Shown here one piece after another: positions 10,470 through 24,455 of a stretch of DNA of 64,000 bases (positions within the stretch are counted from its first letter, which is position 1; each line of letters begins with the position of its first letter). A model generated the notes under the pieces. It saw only the letters and a program-made list of their open reading frames with translations. It was not told where the DNA came from and searched no databases. The DNA comes from Pavona decussata (Eukaryota). The translations under genes were made by a program, and so were the position numbers. Location: the NCBI GenBank assembly GCA_977016875.1, contig CDRNST010000067.1, forward strand, positions 2,046,001-2,110,000, in the 5' to 3' direction.

Positions 10470-13400
10470 TGACGAAAGTTGACCCCAACTGACCCACCAG
10501 AAGGAAATCAAGAAATACAGGAAATATGCAACTCATAATGTAGCTTCTTTAAAAACTGGAAAATAAAATAACTTGCAAGACGTATGAGATATTCATCTCA
10601 TTTCTCCACACCTTTATCTGAACAAAAGAGAATTGTTAGAAAATTCTGCGATCTTTAGGACTCAGGGGCACCGACCAATTAATTGATGTTATCAGAAATA
10701 CAAGGGGGTGGAGGACAGGAGGATTTGGCATTTAGGTCAGTCTTGTTCGCGCAGATAAAGACAATGCCTCCTTATCTAATCAAAGCGAAATTTAGAAGCT
10801 TGTATATACTTTACCAACGCGCAAGTGAAAGCACACATGCAAACTTACTCGGAAGAAATCTGAAATTCAAGTCAAATATAAAAGCAAACTAAAGCTCTTT
10901 GAAGAGCTTTTTTATGTCTTTCCTGGTGTGCGGATCTCAAATGTCCCGAGATCTTGTCGTGGGCCCGATAACATTTTGAGGTTCTTTTCTGGTGCATTTT
11001 TCGTATTCCGAAAAGTGCTTGAGTTCTCAAAACACCCGAAATTGGCATCCGATATTTTCGGGGAACTTTTCGGGTAAGCTGTGATAGTGCGAGCTAGAAA
11101 AGCTCATTTTAGAATGCGGCTCTATTATTTAAATTCTTCTTCAGTTGTGTTTTGCTAATTAGGTTTTCATATTCTGTCCAACTGTAAAGCCTTATCTGAA
11201 GGTTCTTGACTCTTTTTGCTATTGGCTTGAATGGACTGGAAACGTCGCTGATTCAAAATCCGGAGCTAACTGTATCGGGGCCGGTTTGCTATAGCAATGA
11301 GCATCATCCTCGGATTTTTGTTAAGGAAGGCTATTCAAAGAAATAAGTGTCATTGCGCGAAACTCATATAATGTTCCCAAGACACTGAGTATTAAAGTGC
11401 CGTGTCCGCTGACAATTTTCAAGACTCAGATACCAGGTGAGTTTTTCTTACTTATTTATTTATTTTTTTGAGAGGAACATTGAGGGTGTGGAGGACCCCC
11501 AGCATAGTCATAGTCATACAATGTCAACATAGCAAGGGCTCAGTGTAACAAAGATTCCGCCAAAAGATTTTTGCCCTTAAGTTTTGACTAGTTTTTCAGT
11601 ATCCTCACCAGTGACTTTTAAACAGATGATTGTCCAAATCGTGGAATACTGACATGCAATTTGGTCAGTGGTTATTCACCCTCCCATGGACAGGGTAGAG
11701 ACTTCATGAAAGAATCACATACTACCCCACACCATGTCAGATGTAAATCTACACACAACCAACAAGTGCTGGAAAAAAAGTACGTCTCATCATTAACTCG
11801 TGACTGTAAAGTGACTCTTCGGATCTTCAGACTCTTCGAAAATGTGCTTTAAATTATTCAAATACCCAATTATTTTCCATCGAACATTTATACGTGTAAG
11901 AACAGAAAAGAACTGACAAGCTACCTGCTTCAGTTCTTATTTACCAGTTTGATAGAGCCACGAGTGACAATGGTTACCTGACTGAAAATCTGAGAAGTTT
12001 GAAGTTCAAGCACTTTACATAGAGAAAACACAATACAAGCAATAGAAAAGAGGAAAAGCTAATCTCGAAAGATGTAGAAGGAAAGATAGAATTATTAAAT
12101 AATTACTCGCAATTTTCCTAAATTTCTCGATTCAGATTTTACTGAGCTTTCAATAAGTAAAGCATACAACACTTACAAACTCACAAATTTACTGTTTACC
12201 TAATTCTTGATACTGTGCGTAGCCTTTTTGGAGGAAGTGACAATTCAAAATTTATAAATTTAGGAGGTCCGATACCAATCAACACAGCAACGCATGGAAA
12301 ATTGCGCAAGAAAGGTGCGTTTCTATTTTTTATAAATAATTATCACATTTTTTTTTGTCCGCTTAGTATTCCGCTCTCCCTGATACCATTCCATCAAGTA
12401 GCACCTTTGATGGACTCTATAAAGGTTGCAGCATGATTTATATGTTTCGGTAATTTGAATTTAAAATCTTGACCAACGGAACATTTTTAAATAAGCGATT
12501 GATCCAGATTTGTCTTGAAGGAAATTCTGTTTTTGTACCGAGTTTTCGCAGAATCCAGAGTCTAATTTATTGGGTAATCTTATTAATCGCGTGTAATTAC
12601 AGAACAGAAATCCATGGGAATCTTTTCTATAAAGGCTACCGTAAATTTGCTAAAGAAAACAGGGACACTTTTCATCACACACCCGTCATGTTATAAAATT
12701 GAATTAGTGAGGCTTTTTATGATTGATTCATCCTGAAAAGGAACGTGCTAGGAATCTCGTCGATAACAAAATATAAAATTTATAATTATTTTCTACCTTG
12801 AATAATTTCAGTCAAATAATTTTCTCCTTCGGCCCCAAGATAACCTGTCATTTTTCATATGTATATTCATACTACAGTTAATTAAAACAATATAGATAAA
12901 TCGTTTACTTCAAGGCTGATTTTAAATTTAAAATTAAAATTTTAAAGCGCCGCAGAGATATGAATATGCAAAACGAATTTATTTCGCAGGATATTTGAGA
13001 GAAACACAAAATATTTCTGCGGGGTTATTATTGACTAGAGGGAAATAAATGCCTAGGTCGCAGTACGAAATTGTCATTTAGAAAACAAATTATTATTTTT
13101 AAAACAATTCACCACCTGCCACCCTTGGCAGTTTTATTTTGCACTTAGTCGTCTTCACTGAAAAGGTTCTGAGTTCTGCAGTGTCGTTTCAATCTGGAAT
13201 GAGAATGCTTCGATCAAAGTGACAATACCGGAAAGGGTAAGCAAAAAACAGTGTTAACAAAATAACCCCAAAAGCGACTGCAGTATCTCTGAATAAAAAG
13301 TCTGTAGTCTTGATGTCAGAAAAACAAGGTACCCTATAAGATCGACGAATTATCATTTGACTGAGCACCTTATCGACAAAAGTTAGTTTGTTTTTATTTG

Positions 13401-13773
13401 ATTTGTACATGAACGTTCGCACAAACTTTCAGATCAATTTCAAACGTACATTGTATATTACGATCTGTTGCAGTTGCTGTGAAGTTTTGACTGTACCATT
13501 TTGTCTTGATATAGTTCTCAGGCGAACTTTTTGCACTATTAATTCACGCTAGAAAAGAGCCACGATTTTAGGAAATTCATATATTAGATGGTACATACCC
13601 TTCTTGTTCTTCTTCCTTAGTTTTCTCACGTTTAATCTGACACAATTAAAACTTCCGAATGATGGCACCTTATAATAACGAGGACAACAACAATAACAGG
13701 TTAATAATAACAATAGATTTTAACTGTTTTTTAAAAGTCTTAAAGTCTGAAAACGGGTATGGATTTTACAGAG

Positions 13774-14214
13774 ATGGGTATGGATTCTAGAAACTAGAGC
13801 CCCATTCACACCAACAAAACATGTTTAATTAAAGCGGGTTTAACAAAATGAAAATTTGTAACAGAAAAGCTAAAACCATTGGCTAATTTGACATAGGATT
13901 CAACTTGCACTTTAACTTACACGTATGCTTTCATGCCAAATGTGTAGTTGACTAAATCCGAAAGCAGCTTTTGTGAAGGAAACAATTTTAAAAAATGGGT
14001 AGGCATTCTAGAAACTAGAGCCCCATTCACACCAACAAAACATGTTTAATTAATGCAGGTTTAACAAAATGAAAATTGGTAACAGAAAGGTAAAACCATT
14101 GGTTTAATTTGACATAGGATTCAACTTGGACTTTAACTTACACGTATGCTTTCATGCTAAATCTGTAGTTGACTAGTAAATCCGAAAGCAGCTTTTGTGA
14201 AGGAAACAATTTTA
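13774..14214. repeat. Tandem direct duplication, 2 x ~220 bp
   Basis: atgggta..ttctagaaactagagccccattcacaccaac...gtgaaggaaacaatttta occurs at about 13774-13990 and 13996-14214. Confidence 0.9.
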
Positions 14215-14982
14215 ACCTATGTTTAACTAAACAGCTTTTAAACGTGTTTAAGCCCTGGTGTGATTGGGGCAAAAGTCTGAAAAAGGGTCAGGGTTTGGAA
14301 AGCCCTAACAATAATAATAACATTAATATTAAATAAATAAACAAAAAACAAACAAATAAATAAATAAATAAATATGATGGTGAAGATTCTGGTTTTATGA
14401 AAGGCCTCTAAACTGAATGGACTCAAACGATACAAAAACGTAAAAGATATATTAGGAAGCCGTACAGGTCGGGTAGTCCAAATTGGACAACTTAATTTAT
14501 TTTATTTTTATTACGTTGCAGTAGTACAAGAAACAAGTTGAAACACTGGTAATATAAAAAAAACCCCGAATATTTGTAGAGATTTTCACTGCGTGGAAGT
14601 GGCTGGTACTTGAAATTCAACTATACCCTAATTTAACAAGACAATCACTGCTGTACACCTAAACATGGAGAAAATTTCACAATATCTACAATCTTTTTCA
14701 GGAAATCGTTCGCAAACAGGTGCATGTAATAAGTTCTCGTAATTGAAAAATAAAGGAACATTATTTACATACGTCATGAAACGCTGTAAAAAGATATTTT
14801 TCTCTGTCAATGTGACCAATTTACCGAGGTTTACAGCAAATACTGGAGGTCCTGCTATGTCAGTAGAACGGAAGCCTTGTTAATATAAATTTGCCAGATG
14901 TCATCTCTTCCATCTTTAAACTACAACAAAACACTTTACTGTTTTTATTTCGAAGCAAAGGTGAATACATTTGATCAAAGCT

Positions 14983-17900
14983 ATGGACTTCTGTGGTGCA
15001 ATTATTACGTTAATGCTCGTCCTCAAATGCCATGGCTGGGCAAAAGGGTAAGTTTAAACTTTTTAACGAGATTTGTTGTTGATCATGAAGTCCTTTGTCT
15101 CGGGATTTGAACAAGAGATTTCTTTTTTATCATGGTGTTAGCATAGTCACAAGATTATCGCTCTTTAATTTAAAAGCGCGACTCGACTCGTGTATCGTGT
15201 ATATTACGTAACAGGAATAATCAACAGAGATTGGTGATCTCTTAGAATCAGAAGTTCGAGTTGCTCCGGAAGATCCGGTCGACGTGTTCACAAAAATTCT
15301 ACTTAAAGTGTTCCATCATTCACTTTGTAGCACATTATTTAAATGAAAAATGCTTTACGTAATATATCAAACACGAGAAGGTGTGTTTCATCAGATATCC
15401 AAACACTGAGAAGTAGGTTGAAAAAACGAGGCGCAGCCGAGTTTTTTTAAACGACTTGGCTTCTCAAATGATCAATAATTCTTGGAGAAATACAAGTCTA
15501 AAGTTGGCAAAATTTTATGGTAATTAGGATCACATATCCAAACCACGGTCACGGTAGTGATTTTCTTTGTTTTCTCTTGATGAATTATTAATGAGTTTGA
15601 GAAATCCTTTAGTCCTTTAGCTTGTTTGAAGTTGACGCGTATATAAATAATGTAAAATAATACTGAAGCAGATACCTTAAATGACATAAACAGCCCCTAT
15701 CTCGCTCAAAACGCTCATTGATTTATTACAGCTATTTCGATTAACTTCCTGGCGAAATCAGTGAATAAATTCACCTTTCAGCATCACTTTTGCCTTCCGT
15801 ACTATAGAGCACCATATGAATGGCTCTTTACATGTTAAGAAACATAAATACTTAAAAATGATTTTCAGTTTGTGTTCTCGATTAAACGACTTTCTTGCCA
15901 TGATAACATGTTCCAGTGAGGTCTTAATTCGGATTAGGCTCCAACCTTGTTTTAGTCTCCGAAACAAATCCTGATGGAAAAGCCATCATCTGTAACCGAA
16001 TTACCATCTTGTTAGATTTGACTGAGAGGATCGTGAGTTTTTTTTTTATTTAATTTCTTTGAAATTATAAAAAATTATCAACCTTTAGTTACATTAGTAT
16101 CAAGTGACCTACAGAGTTTAGGGATTTGCTAACATCTGGACCCCATGAAATTTCAGCCACATAATACTGATTGAAGAACTTTCTTAAATTGCTGTACAGC
16201 CAGATTTTGTTATATAATAGTGGCTTAAATCTCCTGCAATGAACTTTTGCCGGGACTTCAAGAGCTGTTCGCAGTTAATAAAGGGGAGACCATGATAGCA
16301 GGGTGCCCGTTGTACGCATATTTGCCGTTTAAGGGGTGATTTTCCTTCTAAGAACACACAAAATTTTAGTGAGATTTCACGGGGTCTTGTAGTCTCGATC
16401 TTTTCAAGAAGCCCTTTTTGTGTAACGATTCTTTTGCGAGACCAGAAAAGTATTGGGCTCGCACAAAAACAGTTAGACTCGCCGCCTCGCAGAGGTCTAT
16501 GATCTCGAATTAACCACTCGCTACCTTTCGTTTGTTAATCCTTAAAAACGTAGTGTTCTCTTCTCAAATAGAAAGGCCATGAATTCCACTGATGTGTCCG
16601 TCGATTTAACAAAACTGTTGAATAACATGGAAGGAAATCTTCATTTAAAACTTATCCGGCCGCTCTCAGGAGGTAAGTTTAAAACAGCTTATTTGACTAT
16701 TTACCTCTGTGGTTTATCAGAATCTCGTGGTGCAAAATGTGACATTATAATAATTTCGTCGGGAATTCTGCGGCGTACTTTGCGGGCTAAAATCAGTGGT
16801 TCAAATTCAGCGGGCTAAAATAATTATTTTTTAGCTCGCTGCTCTGAGCCAATAAGAAAGAAGAAAATAACGTAGCCAGCCAATCAAAACTGGAAACCAT
16901 TCAACTGTTCGCGCCATTTTTTTGCTTGTTTACCGCAAGGGCAGCTAACTGCAAAGAAATTATTTTGAGCTACAAAATGGATGGCTCTAGCTCAAGAAGA
17001 CGTGATTTTTTCTGGCATTCTTAGTCGTCCGTTTTCTTTAAATGAAGCCGTTGGTGGAAATAATACATGCAGTAGCTCCGTGACCGGCGGCGAAGTGAAT
17101 TTAAGTTTTTCTTCGTCGTTCTAAGCCCCCTCAGGTCAAACAATTATGCTATTAAAACGGTCGTGATTGCAAAATTGATTTTAACACATAAAAATGACTA
17201 TTTCTTCGATGTTTACAGATTTCTTTAATTTTCCTTTGAAAACTTAGGAGCAAAGGTTGTTTTGAAAAATTTTGCGGTGTTCTTCTAAGTTTTAAGTTGA
17301 TGTGCAATGAAAGTTTTTATACAATAAAATAAACGCCGATGCGACGGCGGCAGCGTTCAAGATATGGATCACTGTACTGTCTTTGATTCCTTGTCTGAAT
17401 GCCCTCTGAAATTATTATAATAGTAATAGAGTTGATGTTCTTGGGCATAAATACGTTTTTGGCCCTTCTCAGATGCTAGAACTCATTTTAGCCCTCGCCT
17501 AAATGAGCCCCTGAGTCGGGCCAAAAACATCTTTATGCCCGCGAACATCAACTATATTCATTTGATATATTGTAAAATTTATCTCTTTGCAGGTAAGGCA
17601 GTCCACGTCAGAGTTGGAATTCATATTGTTTATATTGGAAACTTTAGAGAGTCTGACATGGTAAGACATGTAAAACTCGATAGTATACGAAAATGGTCAG
17701 TAACTCAGTAATTGAATGATCTCGTTAATTATTGGGACTGCTCCAAAGGGTACTGGGATTCCATTAGGAATTCCATTAGATTTGTTACTGACAGCAGGAA
17801 AAATCAAGTTTTGCTAGTAGCATACTCTTCTGAACGTTTTAAATCAGCACAAAAACGTTTTGCGTTGTGATTGGTATCTTTGCTTTCATAAGGTGGAAGG

Positions 17901-20900
17901 TTGCGGGCTAAAATGTAAAAGTGAGTTTCTTTCCCATAATCTGATATCCAGGAGTATACAATTGAGATGTATTTCCGACAGTACTGGAAAGACCCGAGGC
18001 TAGTATTTCCCGGGTTGAAACCAATCAGTTACATTCAGTGGTGAGATTCCAGACATTCTGTGGGAACCAGACACCTACTTTGAAAATGGCATCAGCGGCA
18101 GACTTCACCACTTGACAACCCTGAACAAATATCTGCGCCTTTATCCTGACGGAAGGGTGTTGGTCAGCACAAGGTCTGTAGTTTATCCTGTGAAAGTCCA
18201 TACCGTAATTAATTTTTTGAAAAAGCCATGAACAAGTCATATCATTGCTTGGAAAACACGGCTTAAAATTAGATATTGTCTTGAATCATGTTTAATAAAT
18301 AGAAAAGCCATACGTCAAGATTGTAGAAACTTGGGAAGAAATAACTCAGCTAGAGTCTCTTTCTATCTCCGTGGATTAGAGCAGCCGACAGATGAGCAGA
18401 AGGACATGGTTTCGACTTCCGTCGATTTTGTACTCATCTGAATACCATTAACTTACTACATTTATCTGTGGTCAGGTTTTCGTACGTCGGCCTCATTACA
18501 GCGTCATTTTTTATACAAGTGTTATACAAGTGTGCATAGGTGTACGGGTGTAAGGTTCAAAGCCATTAGATATTATCTCTTGATTTCCCCACTCTTATAC
18601 CAAGCCAAAGTTGTAAAACCGATCTTGTACATTCAGTAATTTTATAACTTCAGGGGGCTCCCTTGGTACCATAGCTTTTAACTGCCTAATGATGTCCGTT
18701 CTTGGTGATAGGCTTTTTATTATTCTTTTTTATTTTTTCACATTAAGATTCACGATGAACAAGACTAGAGTTACAAAACAGGCAGCTCGAAACTCAGTGA
18801 AGGAAATTTTTAGAAAAAGATATGGGTAAATAACCGCCCGCTTAGTAGCTATATGCAATAGTTGGAGGTCGAATGTCAGTCCAACAACAAACTTACTTTA
18901 ATATTGATTGAAAATTTATCATTTTTAGGTTGACTCTTTCCTGTTCGTGTGACATGAACTTCAAAAAATTTCCAATGGATAAACAAATGTGTGATCTGTA
19001 TTTTGCAAGCTGTAAGTATGGGCTGTTAAACTGAACTCTGGATATTTTTAAAATTTTCTCAGTACCTGGTCATATAAGCATATAATTGGCATATATTAGC
19101 TTTGACATAACTCTATTGGCCTTGGATCATCTTTTTTTTTCAGTCAAAGCCATACAATGACACTTTCTGTGCCCGTTACTTCCTTTGATTATACAAAGGG
19201 CATTTTTTTCCAGATGGTTTTACTACAAGAGACTTGATTTACAGTTGGAATGATGAGTTTGTATCGTATGCCCGTGACAAAGAAAGTGCTCAGTTCTCCG
19301 TGGAATCGTTTCACTATCTGAACGGGACAAGAACATATGCTACAGGTGAGACAAATTAGCTCATTTCCCAGGACACTAGGGCCAATTTAATAATTCTTTT
19401 ACACTTGTAGTTTACATACAGGGCCCTTTTTGTAAGAACTCATTAAAAAATTCGAAAACGAGATCCATAATCCTCGCTCAAGACTTCTAAGAATGTTGAT
19501 TGAACTCGTTAACGGCGTACGCGTGAAATTACACGCCGTAGATAAGCAATACGCACGACCAAGCATGCATGGTTTTCGATAGGCCTCTTTTATAACGCTT
19601 TTCAACGTGACCAACAATGAGACCAACACCTTAACTTATATCCAAGGAGCTTTTTGTTAATGGCTGTGTACAGGGGCAGAAAAGGACTTAATTATTCTCT
19701 ATTGCCATAGAGACTCTTAACTCAAATTTGGCAGGGGCTCAGGATCTGAAGAAACTTAGTCCGCTGATGTTGTGTCTGGTGTTATAGCTAGTGGCTCATC
19801 AACGTACCTCTTGTAAAATAAAGGCAGTAAACCATCAGACTCAAAGAGATTCCTCACTACTGACACATTAAAAGAAATTAGCTAGTAACAGAAGTACGCG
19901 GGATGGAAGAAGCACAACCCAGGAGATTCACAGTTATTTTAAGAACGGAAATTTCGCGGGGAAAAAAGGGATGGCCAATCAAAAAGGAAGGAAAAAAGTC
20001 AATGGTATCGACTGCTTTTCCTCCTTCACTTAGCGATCGCTCCGTCGCCAATGAAAACAATCAATTTTATCATTACTGCCTGGCTTGCCTGTGTATTAGC
20101 ATTTTAGTTAATAGGGATCTTCAAACGCCATAACCACTGAGCTCCAGTTGACCTTGAACAGTGCGGTATGAAGCATTAGCACTTTCGTTTGTTCTTTTGC
20201 TGTACAATTGTCATTTATGCTAATTAAGATTTTAAAATTCTTCTAGCTTTTAACATTTATATCACACACACTAGTGGCTTTGCATGTTTACAACTGGAAA
20301 TGGGTGCAGTAATACGTCCGAAAGATCTTGGGTCCTTCTGCAGGTAGCGGAGAGCATTGTATTTCTATTGTTTTCGACCTATTGTGGTTAGGTCTTGTTT
20401 GGAGTTGTTTTGTCAGTTTCCGTCTTTCGTTTTACGTCATCTGTACTCCTGTACTCACAGAGGGAAGATGGAAGGTCAAGAGTGTATTTATTGTTGAAGA
20501 TCAATTCTTGCCTCAAGTGAGAGTTCTCTGAGGTTTTCAAAAAGTGTAGCACTTTTAAACATTTTTCGGATGTATTCTTTGCAGTTTCGACTGTAGATAT
20601 GGGACACCGTTGACCTTCTTTTGTATTATTAGAGTTTACATCTCCGAAGATGGCAAAAATGATTTATTTACTTAATCCTTACATTATTAATTCAAGTCAA
20701 AGATGTGACATTTTGATACTTGGAAAATAAATTAACCCAATCCTTTGAATACTAGGTGACTTTTCTTATCTTGGTATTCGTTTTGTGTTTGCTCGACGCT
20801 TGAGTTTTTACTTGACGAAAGTGTACATACCCGCCATGCTGGTAGTTGTCGTCTCCTGGCTTTCGTTCTTCGTCGACAAGAACTCGGCCCCAGCTCGGGT

Positions 20901-22447
20901 ATCTCTCGGTATCACGACAGTTCTTACGATGACTACGCTAATAATGGGTTTCGGACAGGGTTCCTTACCCGTGGTGTCTTACGTCAGGGCACTCGACTGG
21001 TACCTTATCGTATGTTATTTGCTGGTGTTTGCCTCCTTTGCTGAGTATGCTGTGGTCAACTACAGAAGCAAGCTTCCCAATAAGATCCTCAGTGTAAGTA
21101 TTTGGTATAAATTTGAGTCTGAATTTGAGTTTGTCTGATTTCTTCTAAAGCCTCGAACATTTTTTGACATTTGTTACAATTTTCTAACCTTAACATGTAA
21201 TTTAAGAACATGTCGCTCACTTTAAGAAAAACCGAGGCGATAAGTGGATAACAACAATTCCAAGCACCACCCAAATTGGCCGAGGTTGCCGACCGACTCC
21301 AAATTTGCAGCTAGGACACATGTACTCCCATTGACTGTCATTTAAATTGGGGACTGGATTGTGTGCTATTTAGACTAGTAATTCATTGCAAAGTCTCTAT
21401 AATGTGATGATGAGAGTCAGCCTCGTTTCCTTCCCTAGGAAGAGGAGAGACCCTGGGAACGAGGTTGTACAGTAGTATAAGAAGGACGTCTGTCAGTCCT
21501 ACTGACTGACGTTTCGCTAAACTGACCAGAGTACATCTTAAGTGTCAAGTTGGCAATTCAGATACAATTTCTAAAAACAGAAGAGTGACTCTTCACGTAG
21601 ATGAGACTTGATTCATATGACATGAGCAGGATACAATGCGCGCTCTGATTGGCTCAACCCCATTCACCATTACACAGAGAGAGTAACGGAAATAGTGTTA
21701 CAAGCGGTTTTGCAAGTGGGCTCTAGGTTATCGCTATACCAGCAAATATACACCTATGACTGATGTAATTACTATCAATGCTATGGGATAAGATAACTGC
21801 TGATAATACTCATCCCCTTCATGAACTGCTTCCACCCCAGAGATCAAGAAGCCTCAGGAAAAAGGGACACCCTTACATCCTTCCACGTGTCAGAACTGAA
21901 CGTCATAAACGCTGTTTTGTGAATAGATGCCTTTTCAATTTTAACTTTTTAATTTTTTATTTATACACATTTGTTAATAGTTTGTGATTAGTTCTTTTTT
22001 TATAGTAGTTAGTTATATGAAATTGTAAGTCTAGACGTATGACTCTGGGCATGTTTCTTTCGGCATTTGTTAATAAACAATTCATTCATTTATAAATGAC
22101 AATGAGCTACGAATGTTCCAGTTAGGATAAAATCCATTTACCATGACTTTATAGAAGCTTTTTTATATTTCTTAACTATAATTCCATTGTTCTTACATCT
22201 GCAGAAATCTCCGTGCCGTAATGAGATCTCATCTTCTGACAGGACATTGAGTAGAGAGTTTTCCAATGAGTCATCTACGCCTGATGTTGAAAGCAAAGCA
22301 TCTACCTCCGGGTCGCATGAATTCATCATGGAAAATGAAAGCAGAAATTTAGATGAATGGTCTCGGTTAATCTTCCTGCCCACCTTCCTTGTATTAAATG
22401 TGTTCTACTGGGTTTATTTTTTGGTGATCGATGAAAAGAATCTCTGA
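14983..22447 (+). CDS. Cys-loop ligand-gated anion channel subunit (GABA-A/glycine receptor-like), pLGIC1; +1 frameshift in exon 4
   Basis: Phase-compatible GT-AG exons 14983-15047 (signal peptide MDFCGAIITLMLVLKCHGWAK), 16572-16672, 17593-17660, 17952-18173, 18929-19011 (Cys-loop CDMNFKKFPMDKQMC), 19214-19345, 20756-21093 (M1-M3, SAPARVSLGITTVLTMTT), 22205-22447 (M4). Exon 4 is 222 nt versus 221 in the paralogue. Confidence 0.92.
17407..17557. mobile_element. Hairpin MITE in pLGIC1 intron 2
   Basis: agttgatgttcttgggcataaatacgtttttggccc ... gggccaaaaacatctttatgcccgcgaacatcaact form an imperfect inverted repeat. Confidence 0.7.
21502..21547 (-). ncRNA. Degenerate Penelope-type minimal hammerhead ribozyme motif
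   Basis: Minus strand tgacaCTTAAGAtg...gcGAAACGTCagtca; the core deviates from CUGANGA, so probably inactive. Confidence 0.35.
21780..22090 (+). mobile_element. 3' fragment of an L2/CR1-group LINE
   Basis: HPLHELLPPQRSRSLR...PRVRTERHKRCFVNRC is typical of LINE ORF2 C-termini; followed by AATAAA and a short (ATTC) tail. Confidence 0.7.
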
Positions 22448-23520
22448 AGGAAGACTTCTACTTTGATGTGACCAATGACAGAGATGGGCTAGCCTGTCAG
22501 CAAAGCTCTCTTCTTAATCAAGAATATTTTGCAAACACGTGTTCAAAAAGGCTTTTTAGTTCAATGTGCTGGATACCAAATGATACCTTCTTACAGAAAA
22601 TTAATGTATTAAAAAAAAACCTCACTTCATGTTCTCAGGTAAAGGCCTTCTTCCTTGCTGGGCTGACACAACCGTAAAAGGCAATTTATTTGGGGAAACA
22701 TTTCAACTAGTACCACTAGTCGTCTTCATCTTATGAACCATAATATACGCCATGTCATGTACACTAATTTGCCGTTAACCATTTTTGTTTACGTTTAAAC
22801 TTTTTAGTGCCGTTATTTTTGAACCTAAATTTATCTTATGAACAATTGCATACGCTATGTCGTATACACTAGCTAACCTTTAACCGTTTATGTTAACGTT
22901 CAAATTTTAACTTTTTAGAGCCGTTCAGTTATATTTTCTCATTGTAATTCTGGTCCTGAAGAAGCCTAGTGATACTAGTTGAAATATTGGCCCAAATAAA
23001 TTGCTTTTTGTCGTAGTGACAGCCCTGCCATCAGTTTGGTATATTTTCATCACATGAGGTGGGGTAGTATGTGACCATTTCATGAAGTCTCTACCCAGGC
23101 CATGGGAGGGTGAATGACCACTGACCAAATTGCATGTCAGTATTCCACGATTTGTTTATACATCACTGGTGAGGACACTTTGCGAATCTTCCATGATATC
23201 TCAACCTGAGCGTTAAAAAGCGTAGATAACTGCTGACCAGTTGATGTCATATGGTAGTGGGTTTGAATCCCAAGTTGTAATGAGGAGTCTGTGACCACGG
23301 CCCGGTTGTTCGAAAGTCGAGGTTTTCATCCCCCTCCTTCAGAAACTGTTTAAATGCTTATTTTAGAGCCATAAAGAAAAGAAACGAAAAGTAAAGAAAG
23401 CCAAAATTTGATGGGAAAAATCTTTTGGAGGAATCTTTGTTACACTGAGCCCTTGTTATGTTGACATTGTATGACTATGACTATGTTGGGGGTCCTTCAC
23501 TCTCTCAATGTTCCTCTTAA

Positions 23521-23521
23521 A

Positions 23522-23577
<56 letters not shown>

Positions 23578-23579
23578 AA
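23521..23579. repeat. (AAAG)n microsatellite
   Basis: About 14 perfect units; the equivalent site in the other arm is a short (TTTA) run. Confidence 0.95.
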
Positions 23580-24455
23580 CAACAAAAAAACAGAAAGCTC
23601 ACCTGGTGCCTGGGTCTTGAAAATTGTCAGCGGACACGGCACTTTAATGCTCAGTGCCTTGGGAACATTATATGAGCTTTAAACAATGATACTTATTTCT
23701 TTGAATGACCTTCCTTAACAAAAATCTGGGGACGCTAACAACTCATTGTTAGAACAAATCCCAATACAGTTCAGCTCAGTATTTTGAATCAGCGACGTTT
23801 CCAGTCCATTTAAGCCAATAGCCAATAGAGTCAAGGAACTTTGATGAGGCTTGACAGTTTGACAGAATATGGAAACCTTATTAGCAAAACACAAGGTGCA
23901 AATTTAAATTATAGAGCTGCATTCTAAAAAAAGCCTTCTAGCTCGCACTATCGCAGCCAACCCAAAAAGTTCTCCGAAAATATCAGATGCCAATTCGGGA
24001 CACTTTCGGGTGTTTTGAGAAGCACTTTTCGGGACCCGAAAAATTCACGGGAAAAGAACCCCAAAATATTTTCGGCCCGAGAAGCTCTCGGACTTTTGGG
24101 AAAGACATAAAAAAGCTGTTCAAACAGTTTTAGTTTGTCTCTATCTTTTGACTTGAATTTCAGATTTCTTCCAAGTAAGTAAACATGTGTGCTTTCATTT
24201 GCGCGTTGGTAAAGTATATAAGCTTTTAAATTTCGTTTTGATTAGTTAAGGGGGAATTTTCTTTATCTTCGCGTACGAGACTTATTTTTCAAATCTTTGT
24301 TGTTCAGATAAAGGTGTAGAGAAATGAAGAGAAAATCTCATACGTCTTGCAAGTTATTTTATTTTCCAGTTTTTAAACAAGCTACATTATGAGTTGCATA
24401 TTTCCTGTATTTCTTGATTTCCCTCTGATGAGTCAGTTGGCGTCAACTTTCGTCA

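Larger units (their letters stand above)
6930..11737 (+). repeat. Left arm of ~4.8 kb inverted segmental duplication
   Basis: Collinear with the reverse complement of about 23051-28002 (e.g. ggtccactataattg at the outer ends, ggtagagacttcatgaaa..tcacatactaccccac at the inner ends); roughly 85-90% identity by eye, with indels. Confidence 0.95.
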
